From Candidatus Eiseniibacteriota bacterium (GTDB lineage: Bacteria > Eisenbacteria > RBG-16-71-46 > CAZAMP01), in NCBI GenBank assembly GCA_965224245.1, contig OZ245046.1:3744001-3808000 (forward strand): DNA of 64,000 bases. Direction: 5' to 3'. This document shows, one piece after another, positions 18,771-28,242 of this stretch. The translations under genes and the position numbers were made by a program. Every line of letters begins with the position of its first letter. The stretch's first letter is position 1. A model generated the notes under the pieces. The model saw nothing but the letters and a program-made list of their open reading frames with translations. It did not search any database and had not been told where the DNA came from.

Positions 18771-19501
18771 AGGTCGATCCGGTGCAGCATCTCGCGCGAA
18801 CGGTCCTTGCCCCAGTACTCCTCTTCGGGCGAGGACGAGCGCGAGACGAAGAGCGCCACGCCGATCAGGTACGCGTAGAGCGCGCACACGAAGGACAGCG
18901 AGACCCACCACGGCAGCTGGCCCAGCCACATCGCGTCCAGCAATGCGCTGGGCGAACCGTGCGTGGGCACGTGGTGCATGGTCAGCTTCAGGATCCAGCA
19001 GACGGCTAGGAGGACGAACAGCGGGACGTAGTTCCGCATCAGCCGCGCCCGGAGCGCCTCGTGGTAGGTGATCTTGAAGGCCGGATGGAGGAGATCCTCG
19101 GCCACGAGCGCGCCCCATGCGGAGATCGGGCTCTCGAGATCCCGCCTGAGGATGGGTCCCATGAAGTTCTCCTCCAGCATCCGCGTGCGGGCACGCCAGA
19201 CGTCGAAGAAGCGGAATCGCCGGGCCTCGATCGACAGGTACGTCATCACCAGCGCCATCCCGGCCAGGATGCCCGCATGCGAGTGCGTGGGGTCGGAGAG
19301 GCTGAACGTGACGAGACCCATGACCGAGATGATCGACCAGTTCGTCGTCGTGTCCAGCCGGATGCGCCAGAGCGTGGCGCGGTGAAGCTCTCCGCGATAG
19401 AAGTGCACGAGCGCCGAGATGTACTCCGCTCGCGAGAGCGGCGTCTTCTCGAAGTCGGGTACCGAGATGTCCTTGTCTTCGCCGGGATACCGATCCACCA
19501 T
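18767..19501 (-). CDS. DUF2270 integral membrane protein
   Basis: 'HFYRGELHRATLWRIRLDTTTNWS', 'EARRFRFFDVWRAR'. Confidence 0.85.
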   Translation of the reverse strand: MVDRYPGEDKDISVPDFEKTPLSRAEYISALVHFYRGELHRATLWRIRLDTTTNWSIISVMGLVTFSLSDPTHSHAGILAGMALVMTYLSIEARRFRFFDVWRARTRMLEENFMGPILRRDLESPISAWGALVAEDLLHPAFKITYHEALRARLMRNYVPLFVLLAVCWILKLTMHHVPTHGSPSALLDAMWLGQLPWWVSLSFVCALYAYLIGVALFVSRSSSPEEEYWGKDRSREMLHRIDL

Positions 19502-19535
19502 GCCGTACGCGTCTCTCTTCCGTCTGCTCGCGGCG

Positions 19536-20201
19536 CTAGGGCAGCGAGATCCCGACCCGGATGGGGATCATCCGCATGGAGCCACCGTCGGCGTTGATCA
19601 CGACGAACATCAGCTCGCCCCACAGCCCCGCGTTCTCGCCAAGTGGAAACCGGGCGCCCGCCCCCAGATGCACGCCGATCCCGCTGTCGTCGGGGATCAC
19701 GAGATCGGCCGGATCGACCTGGTCGGCGATCCCGGTGTCGCCGGGATCGGTGATGACGATGGCGTCGACGACCCAGTCGTAGTAACCGAGACCGCCTTTG
19801 AGGTACCCGACCGTCGAGCGATCGATCGGGTAGTCCCAGATCGCGCTGACCGTGAAGCCGAGCGTCTCGATCTGGCCGCCTCGGAGGAACCGATCCGGAT
19901 CGCTGGGGATGATCTCGCGGGACGCGAAGAAGTCGCGCGCGTCGACGTCGTTGGCGGCGTACTCCACCGAGCCCTCGATGCTGAGCCGCTCGCCGATGCG
20001 ATAGCGGAGCCCGCCGTACACGTCGAGCCCGGCGCGCCGGGACGTGGCCTGCGGGGCGTCGCCGGTCAGCGTCAGGTAGCCGACGCCGCCGACCCCGTGC
20101 AGCTTCCCCCCGGCCGCGGCGGCCTCGCGCCCCCCACCGGCGAGAATGGCCGACACGAAGAGACCGATCCCGATGCTCGATCGAATGGCGCGTGTGGTCA
20201 T
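19536..20201 (-). CDS. Outer-membrane beta-barrel protein (OmpW/porin-like)
   Basis: Signal peptide MTTRAIR...AAA; amphipathic strands 'GYLKGGLGYY', 'GVHLGAGARF', C-terminal 'IPIRVGISLP'. Confidence 0.7.
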   Translation of the reverse strand: MTTRAIRSSIGIGLFVSAILAGGGREAAAAGGKLHGVGGVGYLTLTGDAPQATSRRAGLDVYGGLRYRIGERLSIEGSVEYAANDVDARDFFASREIIPSDPDRFLRGGQIETLGFTVSAIWDYPIDRSTVGYLKGGLGYYDWVVDAIVITDPGDTGIADQVDPADLVIPDDSGIGVHLGAGARFPLGENAGLWGELMFVVINADGGSMRMIPIRVGISLP

Positions 20202-20447
20202 CGCCCCTCTCCCAAGGTCCTTCCCCCGGCGGCCGGCGTCGTGGCGCGGGCGCGCACCGACGGGCCGTAGCATACGTGGCACAGGCCCGTGGTGCCAGCG
20301 GTCACGCCGGGTTCCGACCGGTGGTCCGCACGCGCGCTGGGCCCGCGGACCGAACGGCCGCTCGTGCCCCAGGGCGCGTGATCCCGTAGAATGCGGCACC
20401 GTTTCGGCGGAGGCGCGGCCGCGACGCGCCCCGTCTGGAGGTGCGCC

Positions 20448-21725
20448 GTGCGGATCGCCATGCTCGTCTACAACGACTTCGTCGCGGACATCCGCGTCCA
20501 CAAGGAAGCGCGCGACCTGACGGCCGCGGGCCACGAGGTCCTCGTGGTGGCGACGCGCTCGCGGGCGAGCCTCCCCGAGCACGAGGTCACCTCCGCAGGC
20601 TACGAGGTCCGCCGCGTGCCGATCTCGGCGCGCTGGCGCACCGAGCTCCGGGGTCCCCTCGATCGCGTGGCCGACCGCCCGACGTCCTGGTTGGGCCGGG
20701 CCGTGGACGCCGTGAGGCAGAATCCCGTGCGGCGCCGAATCGTCGCCGATCGCAACCGGAAGCGATTCGGGAACGGCGCCCGTGAGGTCGTGGCAGCGTG
20801 GCGACCGGACGCCGTGCACGCACACGATCTCGACACGCTGGAAGCCGGCGTCGATCTCGGACGCCGGCTCCCGACCCCCGTCGTCTACGACTCGCACGAG
20901 CTCTGGCGGGCCAACAACTTCATCCAGAAGCTGCCCGGGAGGTACCGGCGGCGCTGGCAGCGCCTCGAGACCGAGCTCGTGGGGCGGGTCGACGCGATCA
21001 TCCTGACCACCGAGGGACGGGCCGAGCAGTTCCGGCAGTGGTATCCCGGCACCGATCCCATCGTGGTCATGAACTGCCAGGACGGCGCCCCGACGCCGCG
21101 GACGCGCTGGCTCTGCGAGCGCCTGCCGATCGGCGACGACGCGCGAGTGCTGATCTACCAGGGTCTCGTGCACCGGGATCGCGGTGTGTTCGTCGCGCTG
21201 GACGCGCTGGAGCGGCTGGGGCCGCCGTACGTTTACGTGGCGATCGGCCCCGGCGGCGACGTGGCCGAGCTCCGGCGCGAGATCGAGCGTCGCGGCCTCT
21301 CCGATCGCGCATTCGTCCTGGACCCGGTCTCGCACGACGACCTGGCCGACGTGACCGCCTCGGCCGACATCGGCCTCAGCCTGGTCCAGAACACGAGCCT
21401 CAGCTACTACCTGTCGGCACCCAACAAGCTGTTCGAGTTCATGCGGGCCGGGCTTCCCATCGTGGCCAGCGACTTCCCCGAGGTGCGGCGCGTGTTCGAG
21501 GGAGGCGACCTGGGCGAGCTCGTGGATCCGGCGAGCGCCGACGCGGTCGTGGAGGCCGTCCGGCGCATCGACGCGGATCCGGACCGGGCCTCGCGCATCG
21601 AGCGCGACGCTCACCGGCTCCTCTCCGAGCGGTACAGCTGGCGAGCCCAGATGCACAGCGTGCTCGTGATCTACGAGTGGCTCGCCTCCCGCTCGGGCGC
21701 GCGCGCCGCGCGGACCGATGGCTGA
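20448..21725 (+). CDS. Glycosyltransferase family 4
   Basis: 'DIRVHKEA', 'HAHD', 'YDSHE', 'PNKLFEFMRAGLPIVASD'; GGAGG RBS before GTG. Confidence 0.9.
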   Translation: MRIAMLVYNDFVADIRVHKEARDLTAAGHEVLVVATRSRASLPEHEVTSAGYEVRRVPISARWRTELRGPLDRVADRPTSWLGRAVDAVRQNPVRRRIVADRNRKRFGNGAREVVAAWRPDAVHAHDLDTLEAGVDLGRRLPTPVVYDSHELWRANNFIQKLPGRYRRRWQRLETELVGRVDAIILTTEGRAEQFRQWYPGTDPIVVMNCQDGAPTPRTRWLCERLPIGDDARVLIYQGLVHRDRGVFVALDALERLGPPYVYVAIGPGGDVAELRREIERRGLSDRAFVLDPVSHDDLADVTASADIGLSLVQNTSLSYYLSAPNKLFEFMRAGLPIVASDFPEVRRVFEGGDLGELVDPASADAVVEAVRRIDADPDRASRIERDAHRLLSERYSWRAQMHSVLVIYEWLASRSGARAARTDG

Positions 21726-22507
21726 TGGTCCGGCGCTACCAGCACTCGATCTTCGCGCGCCAGTACGACCTCAGCGAGGGCGACGCGTCCCACCTCGGCG
21801 ATCGGGAGTGGTACGCGTCGCATCTCGCCGGGATCGGCGGACCTCTGCTCGAGATCGGCGCCGGCACCGGGCGCGTCACGCGAACGCTCGTGGCCGCCGG
21901 GGCGTCGGTGATCGCGCTCGACCTGGGCGTGCCGATGCTCCGGATCCTCGGGGAGCACCTGTCCGCGCGGGGGCTGGCGTGTGTCCGCGTCGCGGGCGAC
22001 TGCCGGCGCCTGCCGTTTCGCGGCGGGTCCGCGGCGTCGGCCGAGCCGATGTCGGGCGCGTTCTCGGCGTACAACTCGCTCGGGTGTCTTCTGGATCGAG
22101 CCTCGCTGGCGGCCGCGTTCACCGAGATCCGGCGCGTGCTGCGGCCGGGTGCCCCGCTGCTGTTCGACGTGGCCGATCATCGCCCGGGCGATCTCTCCAC
22201 CGAGCCCAGGACGTTCGACTGGGAGACCTGGACCCACGAGGACGGCACGTGCATCCGGCGCCGCACGACGCTGCGCCACGACGAGCGGGCCGAGTGCATC
22301 CGGCTGCGCTACGACTTCCGCTGGCTGGACGCCGGAGGGAACTCCGGCGACGAGAAGGTTGCGTTCGCGCTCAACACCTGGTCGCCGAGCGTGTACGTGG
22401 ATTCGCTGCGTGCGGCCGGGTTCGCGGTGCTCGGCGTCGAGGATCGGACGCTCGAGGGTCGACAGGGTCGTGAGCGCATGTGGGCGTTCGTCCGGGCGAG
22501 CGCGTAG
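21725..22507 (+). CDS. Class I SAM-dependent methyltransferase
   Basis: 'LLEIGAGTGRV', 'LRPGAPLLFD'; TGATG coupling with the upstream GT. Confidence 0.85.
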   Translation: MVRRYQHSIFARQYDLSEGDASHLGDREWYASHLAGIGGPLLEIGAGTGRVTRTLVAAGASVIALDLGVPMLRILGEHLSARGLACVRVAGDCRRLPFRGGSAASAEPMSGAFSAYNSLGCLLDRASLAAAFTEIRRVLRPGAPLLFDVADHRPGDLSTEPRTFDWETWTHEDGTCIRRRTTLRHDERAECIRLRYDFRWLDAGGNSGDEKVAFALNTWSPSVYVDSLRAAGFAVLGVEDRTLEGRQGRERMWAFVRASA

Positions 22508-22520
22508 GGCCGTCGCGAGG

Positions 22521-23906
22521 TTAGCCGTCGAGCGGTGGAATGAGTGGCGAGGGCGCATCGCGAGGCGGCGTGGTCCATCCGTCCAGCCGGCGAGACATCC
22601 ACCAGCCCACCGGTCCCTCGCCGAGATAGAGCACGGCGAGAGGTAGGAGCTTCAGCAGCCCGCGTTTCGCGGTGTTGTCGATGCTCGCCGCCGGCACCAC
22701 CGTCGCCATGGCCCACATTCCCGCGAGCACCACCAGCACCCAGAGGAGATAGGTGATCGCGCGTGCGCTTCGGAACACGACGACGCCAATGGCCACGCCC
22801 ACTCCCAGAAGGATCGGGACCGAGCCGTAGAGCTCGGAGGCACCCACCAGCCGGAGAAGCCGAGCGCCTGTCGGCAGCCAGTCGGCAGGCAGCCAGGTCC
22901 AGTCGAGGGTCGTCGTCCCCGGCTGGTCGAGAACGAGGGGAATGTAGAGGCCGTGCCAGACGGCCACCGCGATCGCCGGTCCCACGAGCAGCCCGCCAAA
23001 CGCACGGAGACGCGGGGACTTGCCTTGGACACGGGGCGCGAGAGACACGCTCGCGGCCGCCCCGACGACGACCAGGGCGATCGTCTCGGAGCGTGTCCAC
23101 GTCGCCAGTCCGAAGAACAGCGACGCGAGGACCAGCCGCCGATCGGGCGTCGCACCTCCCTCGGCCCAGTCGTGGACGAAGCCGACACCCATCGCCAGGA
23201 AGACGGCGTTCGCCAGATCCGTCGACACGAGCCACGAGCTCGAGAACCAGAGGGGCGCCGACACGAGAACGGACACCAGAACCGCTGCCACCGCGGGATG
23301 ACTCCGGTCTCTCAATCGTCCCCAGCCCCAGAGCGCCGCGGCGGCGAAGAGCAGCCCCGGCCACAGCTTCCCTTCCGGCAGCCCGGCGAGCCGGAACGCG
23401 ACCTGCATGAGGGCGCTGAACGGGGCGTAGAACGGCTGGTTCGACCGGTAACCGTCCAGGGCCGGCCCGAACACCTGTGAGTCGAGGGTCCCGTCCGCCA
23501 GAGCTTGCTTGGCCACGAGATCCATCCCCAGGATCGCGTCCTGGAAGATCACCGGCGTGGCGAGGTTCTGATGGAGACTGAGAACGATCATCGGGACGAC
23601 CACGAGCATGGCGACTGCATCCGCCGGGTGCGGTGACCGAGATCGTCGATCGGGGCACGACGGAATCCCGCGTGCGACGAGCAACAGGGCGAGACCGCTC
23701 ATGAGAAGCAACGCGCCCAGGACCTGATCCGGTCGTCCGAGCGAGAGCCCGATGAGATCCAGACCGAGAATCCCGATCGAGACGCCACCCATGCCCAGTG
23801 CTCCGGACAGACCCAGTCGTTCGAGCCGGGAAGCGGAGGGGCACAGCCGGCGAACCGCCGCCGCCCCACAGACCCCGATGGCGAGCAGCAGCATGACGAG
23901 GCTCAC
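22521..23906 (-). CDS. Polytopic membrane protein, GT-C/ArnT-like
   Basis: About 11-12 hydrophobic segments; 'FQDAILGMDLVAK' loop, 'TDLANAVF', 'WTRSE' resemble GT-C/DUF2079-type proteins. Confidence 0.55.
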   Translation of the reverse strand: MSLVMLLLAIGVCGAAAVRRLCPSASRLERLGLSGALGMGGVSIGILGLDLIGLSLGRPDQVLGALLLMSGLALLLVARGIPSCPDRRSRSPHPADAVAMLVVVPMIVLSLHQNLATPVIFQDAILGMDLVAKQALADGTLDSQVFGPALDGYRSNQPFYAPFSALMQVAFRLAGLPEGKLWPGLLFAAAALWGWGRLRDRSHPAVAAVLVSVLVSAPLWFSSSWLVSTDLANAVFLAMGVGFVHDWAEGGATPDRRLVLASLFFGLATWTRSETIALVVVGAAASVSLAPRVQGKSPRLRAFGGLLVGPAIAVAVWHGLYIPLVLDQPGTTTLDWTWLPADWLPTGARLLRLVGASELYGSVPILLGVGVAIGVVVFRSARAITYLLWVLVVLAGMWAMATVVPAASIDNTAKRGLLKLLPLAVLYLGEGPVGWWMSRRLDGWTTPPRDAPSPLIPPLDG

Positions 23907-24556
23907 GGTCTCGCCGCCTCGCCGGCGTACTCGTGCCGGACGGCGGCCCGGTCGTCGGCGTCACTCAGCTCGGCAATGGCCAGGGATGGACGACCGTCGC
24001 CCGCCACCACGACGACGGCGGCTGTGGCGGTATCGGTGCGAGGACCTCGGAGAAGAACGCAGCGCACGGGTCCCGCCACGTAGAAGACCCACCGCGGGGT
24101 GGCCCACAGCACGTCCGAGGACGGAAACCACCGCCGCAGGTACGGAGTCGGCGGGAGCAGCAGCGTCTCGGACGAGTCGATCTGCGTGCCCACGAAGCGG
24201 GCGGCTCTCTCGTTGAACCCCAGGTATCGCTCGCGCCACGCGATCGGATCGCGCCACTGATCGGCGATCGACGTGACCGAGAGATCTCGACATTGCGCGG
24301 TCAAGCGGTGCCGAATGACCTGCTGGTCGGGCAGCAGCGCGTAGATGGAGACACAGGCCGCAGCCACCGCGGCGGAAGACCACCGAGAGCGCCGGGCGCG
24401 GACGAGCACGTTCCGGATGTCTGGCGCCCGCTTCCGCGACGATCTCGTGATGGTGCCCTCTCCTCGGTGCCGTTCGACCCGCAAGGTCGGGCATCGTCGC
24501 ACCGTGAGCCTGATCGGTCGGTACACGCCGCGGTCCGAAGTGCTCGCTGCGCGCAC
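23903..24556 (-). CDS. Hypothetical membrane-anchored protein (start uncertain, possibly GTG 24409)
   Basis: One hydrophobic segment; its stop overlaps the start of the 22521..23906 gene (GTGA). Confidence 0.45.
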   Translation of the reverse strand: MRAASTSDRGVYRPIRLTVRRCPTLRVERHRGEGTITRSSRKRAPDIRNVLVRARRSRWSSAAVAAACVSIYALLPDQQVIRHRLTAQCRDLSVTSIADQWRDPIAWRERYLGFNERAARFVGTQIDSSETLLLPPTPYLRRWFPSSDVLWATPRWVFYVAGPVRCVLLRGPRTDTATAAVVVVAGDGRPSLAIAELSDADDRAAVRHEYAGEAARP

Positions 24557-24700
24557 GGATTCTCACACGAATGCACCGTGAGGAGAAGACCGGTGTATCT
24601 CTCTCCAACGTACTGGCGGCCCCCGCCGGCAGGGCAATGCTCGTTGGTGCCCCCCACGCCGACCCTGCTATCATTCGGTCCGCTCCAACCGAGGCCCTCG

Positions 24701-27700
24701 ATGACGCAATCGACGCGCGATCACATCCTGGCCCGCGCCGCCGACGATCCCGGCTTTCGCCGGCTCCGGAAGCTCGTGCGCGCTTCCGGGGAGTCCATTC
24801 TTCTCGCCGGCGCCCGCGGCGGCTCGCGCTCGATCGGCGTGGCCCTCTCCATTCGCGAGACCGAGCGCCCGCACCTCGTGATCACGCAGGACCTGCCCCG
24901 CGCCCAGTCGCTCCGGCAGGACCTGACCTATCTCCTCGACGACGTCCCGGTCGAGCTCTTCCCGGAGATCGACATCGGCGTCTACACGCACGGCATCGCC
25001 GGCATGGGCGTTCGCGCCGCGCGGCTGGAGGCGCTCTCCGCACTGGCGAAGGGATCTCTCCGCGTGCTCGTGGCCCCGCTCGAGGCGGTGCTCCTGCGCG
25101 TGCCGCGGCCCGCGCACGTCGAGCGGCACCAGCTCACGCTGGCCGTGGGAACCGAGACCCCGCTCGACGACATCCTCGTCGCGCTGGACGACCTCGGCTA
25201 CCAGCACCGGCCGATGGTCGAGGAGCACGGCGACTACAGCCGCCGCGGCGGGATCGTCGACTTCTACAGCTTCGGACAGGACAACCCGATCCGGATCGAG
25301 CTGGACGGCGACGAGGTGGCCAGTATCCGCGCGTTCGACGTGGGCACGCAGCGCTCGGTGGCCACGATGGATGCGATCACGGTCCTGCCCACCGACGAGA
25401 TCCGGCTCACGGTGGCCGAGCTCGAGGAGGCGCGCGAGCGGCTGGAGGGTCTGCACCCCGAGGGAGCCGAGGGTGCCGACCGGCTGATCGACGACCTCGC
25501 GTCGCGCCGCGACGTGGAGGGCGCGAACTGGCTGGGCGGACTCTTCCCCGATCACCTGGGCACGCTCTTCGACTACTTCCCCGACGACACCCTCGTCGTG
25601 GTGGACGGACCGAAGACGCTTCTCGACACGATCGACGGGCACGAGTCGGACTACCGGCAGTCCTACGACGACGAGGTCAACCGCGGGCGGTTCTTCGCCG
25701 CCCCCGAGGCGAACTTCCTCTTCCGCCAGGACTTCACGACGCGGCTGATCCGCTTCGATCAGCTGATCCTGCCCGGTCCGACCGACGAGAAGGACCGGGG
25801 CGTGGGCAAGGCGGGACTCACCGGCGTCGCCGTGAACTCGCTTCCGTCGGAGGGCTTCGGGCGCAACATGAACCTCCTCCGCGAGTCCGTCGACGCGCAT
25901 CGGAAGGCCTCGCGCGACGTCTACATCCTCTGCGAGTCCGACGCGCACCGCGAGCGGCTCGACGAGCTCCTCGAAGACAACCCCGCTCACGTCGACGTGG
26001 GCAGCCTCGGCGAGGGGTTCACGCTCCCCGACGTCGGCTTCGCGGTGATCGTCGACCACGAGATCTGGGGCCGGCAGCGCCGATCCCGCCAGCGCTCGCG
26101 CCGGTTCAAGCGCGGGCTGCTCCCGCAGGAGCTCCAGTCGCTGAAGCCCGGCGACTACGTCGTCCACATCGAGCACGGCATCGGCACCTATCGCGGCGTC
26201 GAGCACCTCGACCTCGGCGGCCACGTGACCGACTGTCTCCTGATCGAGTACGCGCGCGGCGACAAGCTCTACGTCCCCGCCGACCAGCTGGACCTGATTC
26301 AGCGCTACTCGGCGGGCGAGGGCGCCAAGCCCACCGTGAACACGATCGGCGGCACCGGCTGGCAGAAGCTCAAGAGCCGGGTCAAGAAGCGCATCAAGAT
26401 CATGGCCGAGGAGCTGATCCAGACCTACGCGAAGCGCCGCGCGCATCCGGGCCACGCGTTCGCGCCGGACACCGGCTGGCAGTACGAGATGGAGGCGGCG
26501 TTTCCGTACGACGAGACGCCCGATCAGCTCTCGGCCATCGCCGACGTCAAGAAGGACATGGAGTCGTCGCGTCCGATGGATCGTCTGGTCTGCGGCGACG
26601 TCGGCTTCGGGAAGACCGAGGTGGCCATCCGCGCCGCGTTCAAGGCGGTCATGGACGGCAAGCAGGTGGCCATCCTGGTCCCGACGACGCTCCTGGCCGA
26701 GCAGCACCTCGAGACGTTCCAGGAGCGCATGAAGAGCTTCCCGATCAAGATCGACATGATGAGCCGCTTCCGCACCACCAGGCAGCTCGCCGCCACCGCC
26801 GAGCTGGTGGCCACCGGCAAGGTCGACGTTCTCATCGGCACGCACCGCATCCTGTCCAAGGACGTCAACTTCAAGGACCTCGGCCTCCTCGTGATCGACG
26901 AGGAGCAGCGCTTCGGCGTCCGGCACAAGGAGGTGCTGAAGAAGCTCCGCTCCCAGGTCGACGTGCTGACCCTGACCGCCACGCCGATCCCGCGCACGCT
27001 CCACATGTCGCTGATGGGTGCGCGGGACATGTCCACCATCAACACGCCACCCCGCGACCGGTTGCCGGTGCACACCGAGATCGTGAACTTCGGCGAGGAC
27101 GTGATCGTGGAGTCGCTCCTCGGCGAGGCCGACCGCGGCGGCCAGGCGTTCTTCGTGCACAACCGCGTGCAGACGATCCAGGAGATGGGCATCTATCTGT
27201 CGAAGCTCGTGCCGGAGCTCCGGATCGGGATCGCGCACGGACAGATGCCCGAGCGTCAGATCGAGCGCATCATGCTCGACTTCCACGCCCGCAAGTACGA
27301 CGTCCTCCTGACCACGATGATCATCGAGAGCGGGCTCGATATCCCGTCGGTGAACACGATCCTGATCAACCGCGCCGATGCGTTCGGGCTCGGACAGCTC
27401 TACCAGCTCCGCGGCCGCGTGGGGCGCTCGGCCCGGAAGGCGCACGCGTTTCTGCTCGTCCCGCGCGACCAGGCGCTGACCGAGACCGCGCAGAAGCGCC
27501 TCCGCGTGATCGACGAGCTGGAGGAGCTGGGCTCGGGCTTCCAGCTCGCGATGCGCGACCTCGAGATCCGCGGCGCGGGCAACATGCTCGGCGGGGAGCA
27601 GAGCGGCTTCATCGTGAACGTCGGGTTCGACATGTACTGCCGTCTCCTCGACGAGGCGGTCCGCGAGCTCAAGGGACTGCCGCTGGAGGACGGTCAGAAG

Positions 27701-28180
27701 ACGCCGATCACCACCGACGTCGAGGCGTACCTGTCCGACGACTACGTGCCCGACCGGGCGCTGAAGGTGCGTCTCTACAAGGCGCTGGCCGACACCTCGG
27801 AACTGAGCGAGATCGACGAGATCGAGGCGGAGCTGCGCGACCGGTTCGGTCCGTTGCCCGAGGCCGGGCAGTGGCTCGTGGACCTCCGGCGCGTGCGCCT
27901 CGTGGGCACGGCGCTCGGCGCGTCGGCGATCGTCTTGCGGAAGGGTCTCTTCGAGGTCACGTTCGAGCGGGAGATGACGCGCGAGGAGGTGCGCGCGCTC
28001 CTGTCGGCGACGAACGTGCCCGTGGAGTTCAGCGCGACGGGGAGCCACGGGTTCCGGATCAGCCGGTTCCGGGAGGGATCACCGGCGGAGGCGCTACGGC
28101 TGTTGCGGGCGGTGGCCGCGGTCGCGACGGCCGCCGGCGAGGGCTCGTCGGCGGCGACGGTCGGCGCGGACCACCCGTGA
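24701..28180 (+). CDS. mfd: Transcription-repair coupling factor Mfd
   Basis: UvrB-like N-terminus 'RGGIVDF', CarD/RID 'VVHIEHGIG', 'CGDVGFGKTEVA', 'DEEQRFG', 'TATPIPRTL', 'QLRGRVGR', 'RDLEIRGAGN', TRCF C-terminus. Confidence 0.98.
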   Translation: MTQSTRDHILARAADDPGFRRLRKLVRASGESILLAGARGGSRSIGVALSIRETERPHLVITQDLPRAQSLRQDLTYLLDDVPVELFPEIDIGVYTHGIAGMGVRAARLEALSALAKGSLRVLVAPLEAVLLRVPRPAHVERHQLTLAVGTETPLDDILVALDDLGYQHRPMVEEHGDYSRRGGIVDFYSFGQDNPIRIELDGDEVASIRAFDVGTQRSVATMDAITVLPTDEIRLTVAELEEARERLEGLHPEGAEGADRLIDDLASRRDVEGANWLGGLFPDHLGTLFDYFPDDTLVVVDGPKTLLDTIDGHESDYRQSYDDEVNRGRFFAAPEANFLFRQDFTTRLIRFDQLILPGPTDEKDRGVGKAGLTGVAVNSLPSEGFGRNMNLLRESVDAHRKASRDVYILCESDAHRERLDELLEDNPAHVDVGSLGEGFTLPDVGFAVIVDHEIWGRQRRSRQRSRRFKRGLLPQELQSLKPGDYVVHIEHGIGTYRGVEHLDLGGHVTDCLLIEYARGDKLYVPADQLDLIQRYSAGEGAKPTVNTIGGTGWQKLKSRVKKRIKIMAEELIQTYAKRRAHPGHAFAPDTGWQYEMEAAFPYDETPDQLSAIADVKKDMESSRPMDRLVCGDVGFGKTEVAIRAAFKAVMDGKQVAILVPTTLLAEQHLETFQERMKSFPIKIDMMSRFRTTRQLAATAELVATGKVDVLIGTHRILSKDVNFKDLGLLVIDEEQRFGVRHKEVLKKLRSQVDVLTLTATPIPRTLHMSLMGARDMSTINTPPRDRLPVHTEIVNFGEDVIVESLLGEADRGGQAFFVHNRVQTIQEMGIYLSKLVPELRIGIAHGQMPERQIERIMLDFHARKYDVLLTTMIIESGLDIPSVNTILINRADAFGLGQLYQLRGRVGRSARKAHAFLLVPRDQALTETAQKRLRVIDELEELGSGFQLAMRDLEIRGAGNMLGGEQSGFIVNVGFDMYCRLLDEAVRELKGLPLEDGQKTPITTDVEAYLSDDYVPDRALKVRLYKALADTSELSEIDEIEAELRDRFGPLPEAGQWLVDLRRVRLVGTALGASAIVLRKGLFEVTFEREMTREEVRALLSATNVPVEFSATGSHGFRISRFREGSPAEALRLLRAVAAVATAAGEGSSAATVGADHP

Positions 28181-28242
28181 TCGCACCGGAGTGCGGGCGG
28201 CTGCACGCGTAGGATCCGCATTGCTTCGGAGACGGTGGCGCC

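Noticed and set aside
24571-28212. Very long alternative-frame and antisense ORFs over mfd (1213 aa and 1125 aa), and similar ones over most genes (e.g. 58759..62241, 3322..5775)
   Set aside because: Arg/Pro/Gly-rich shadow ORFs expected from high GC3 codon bias; no family motifs.
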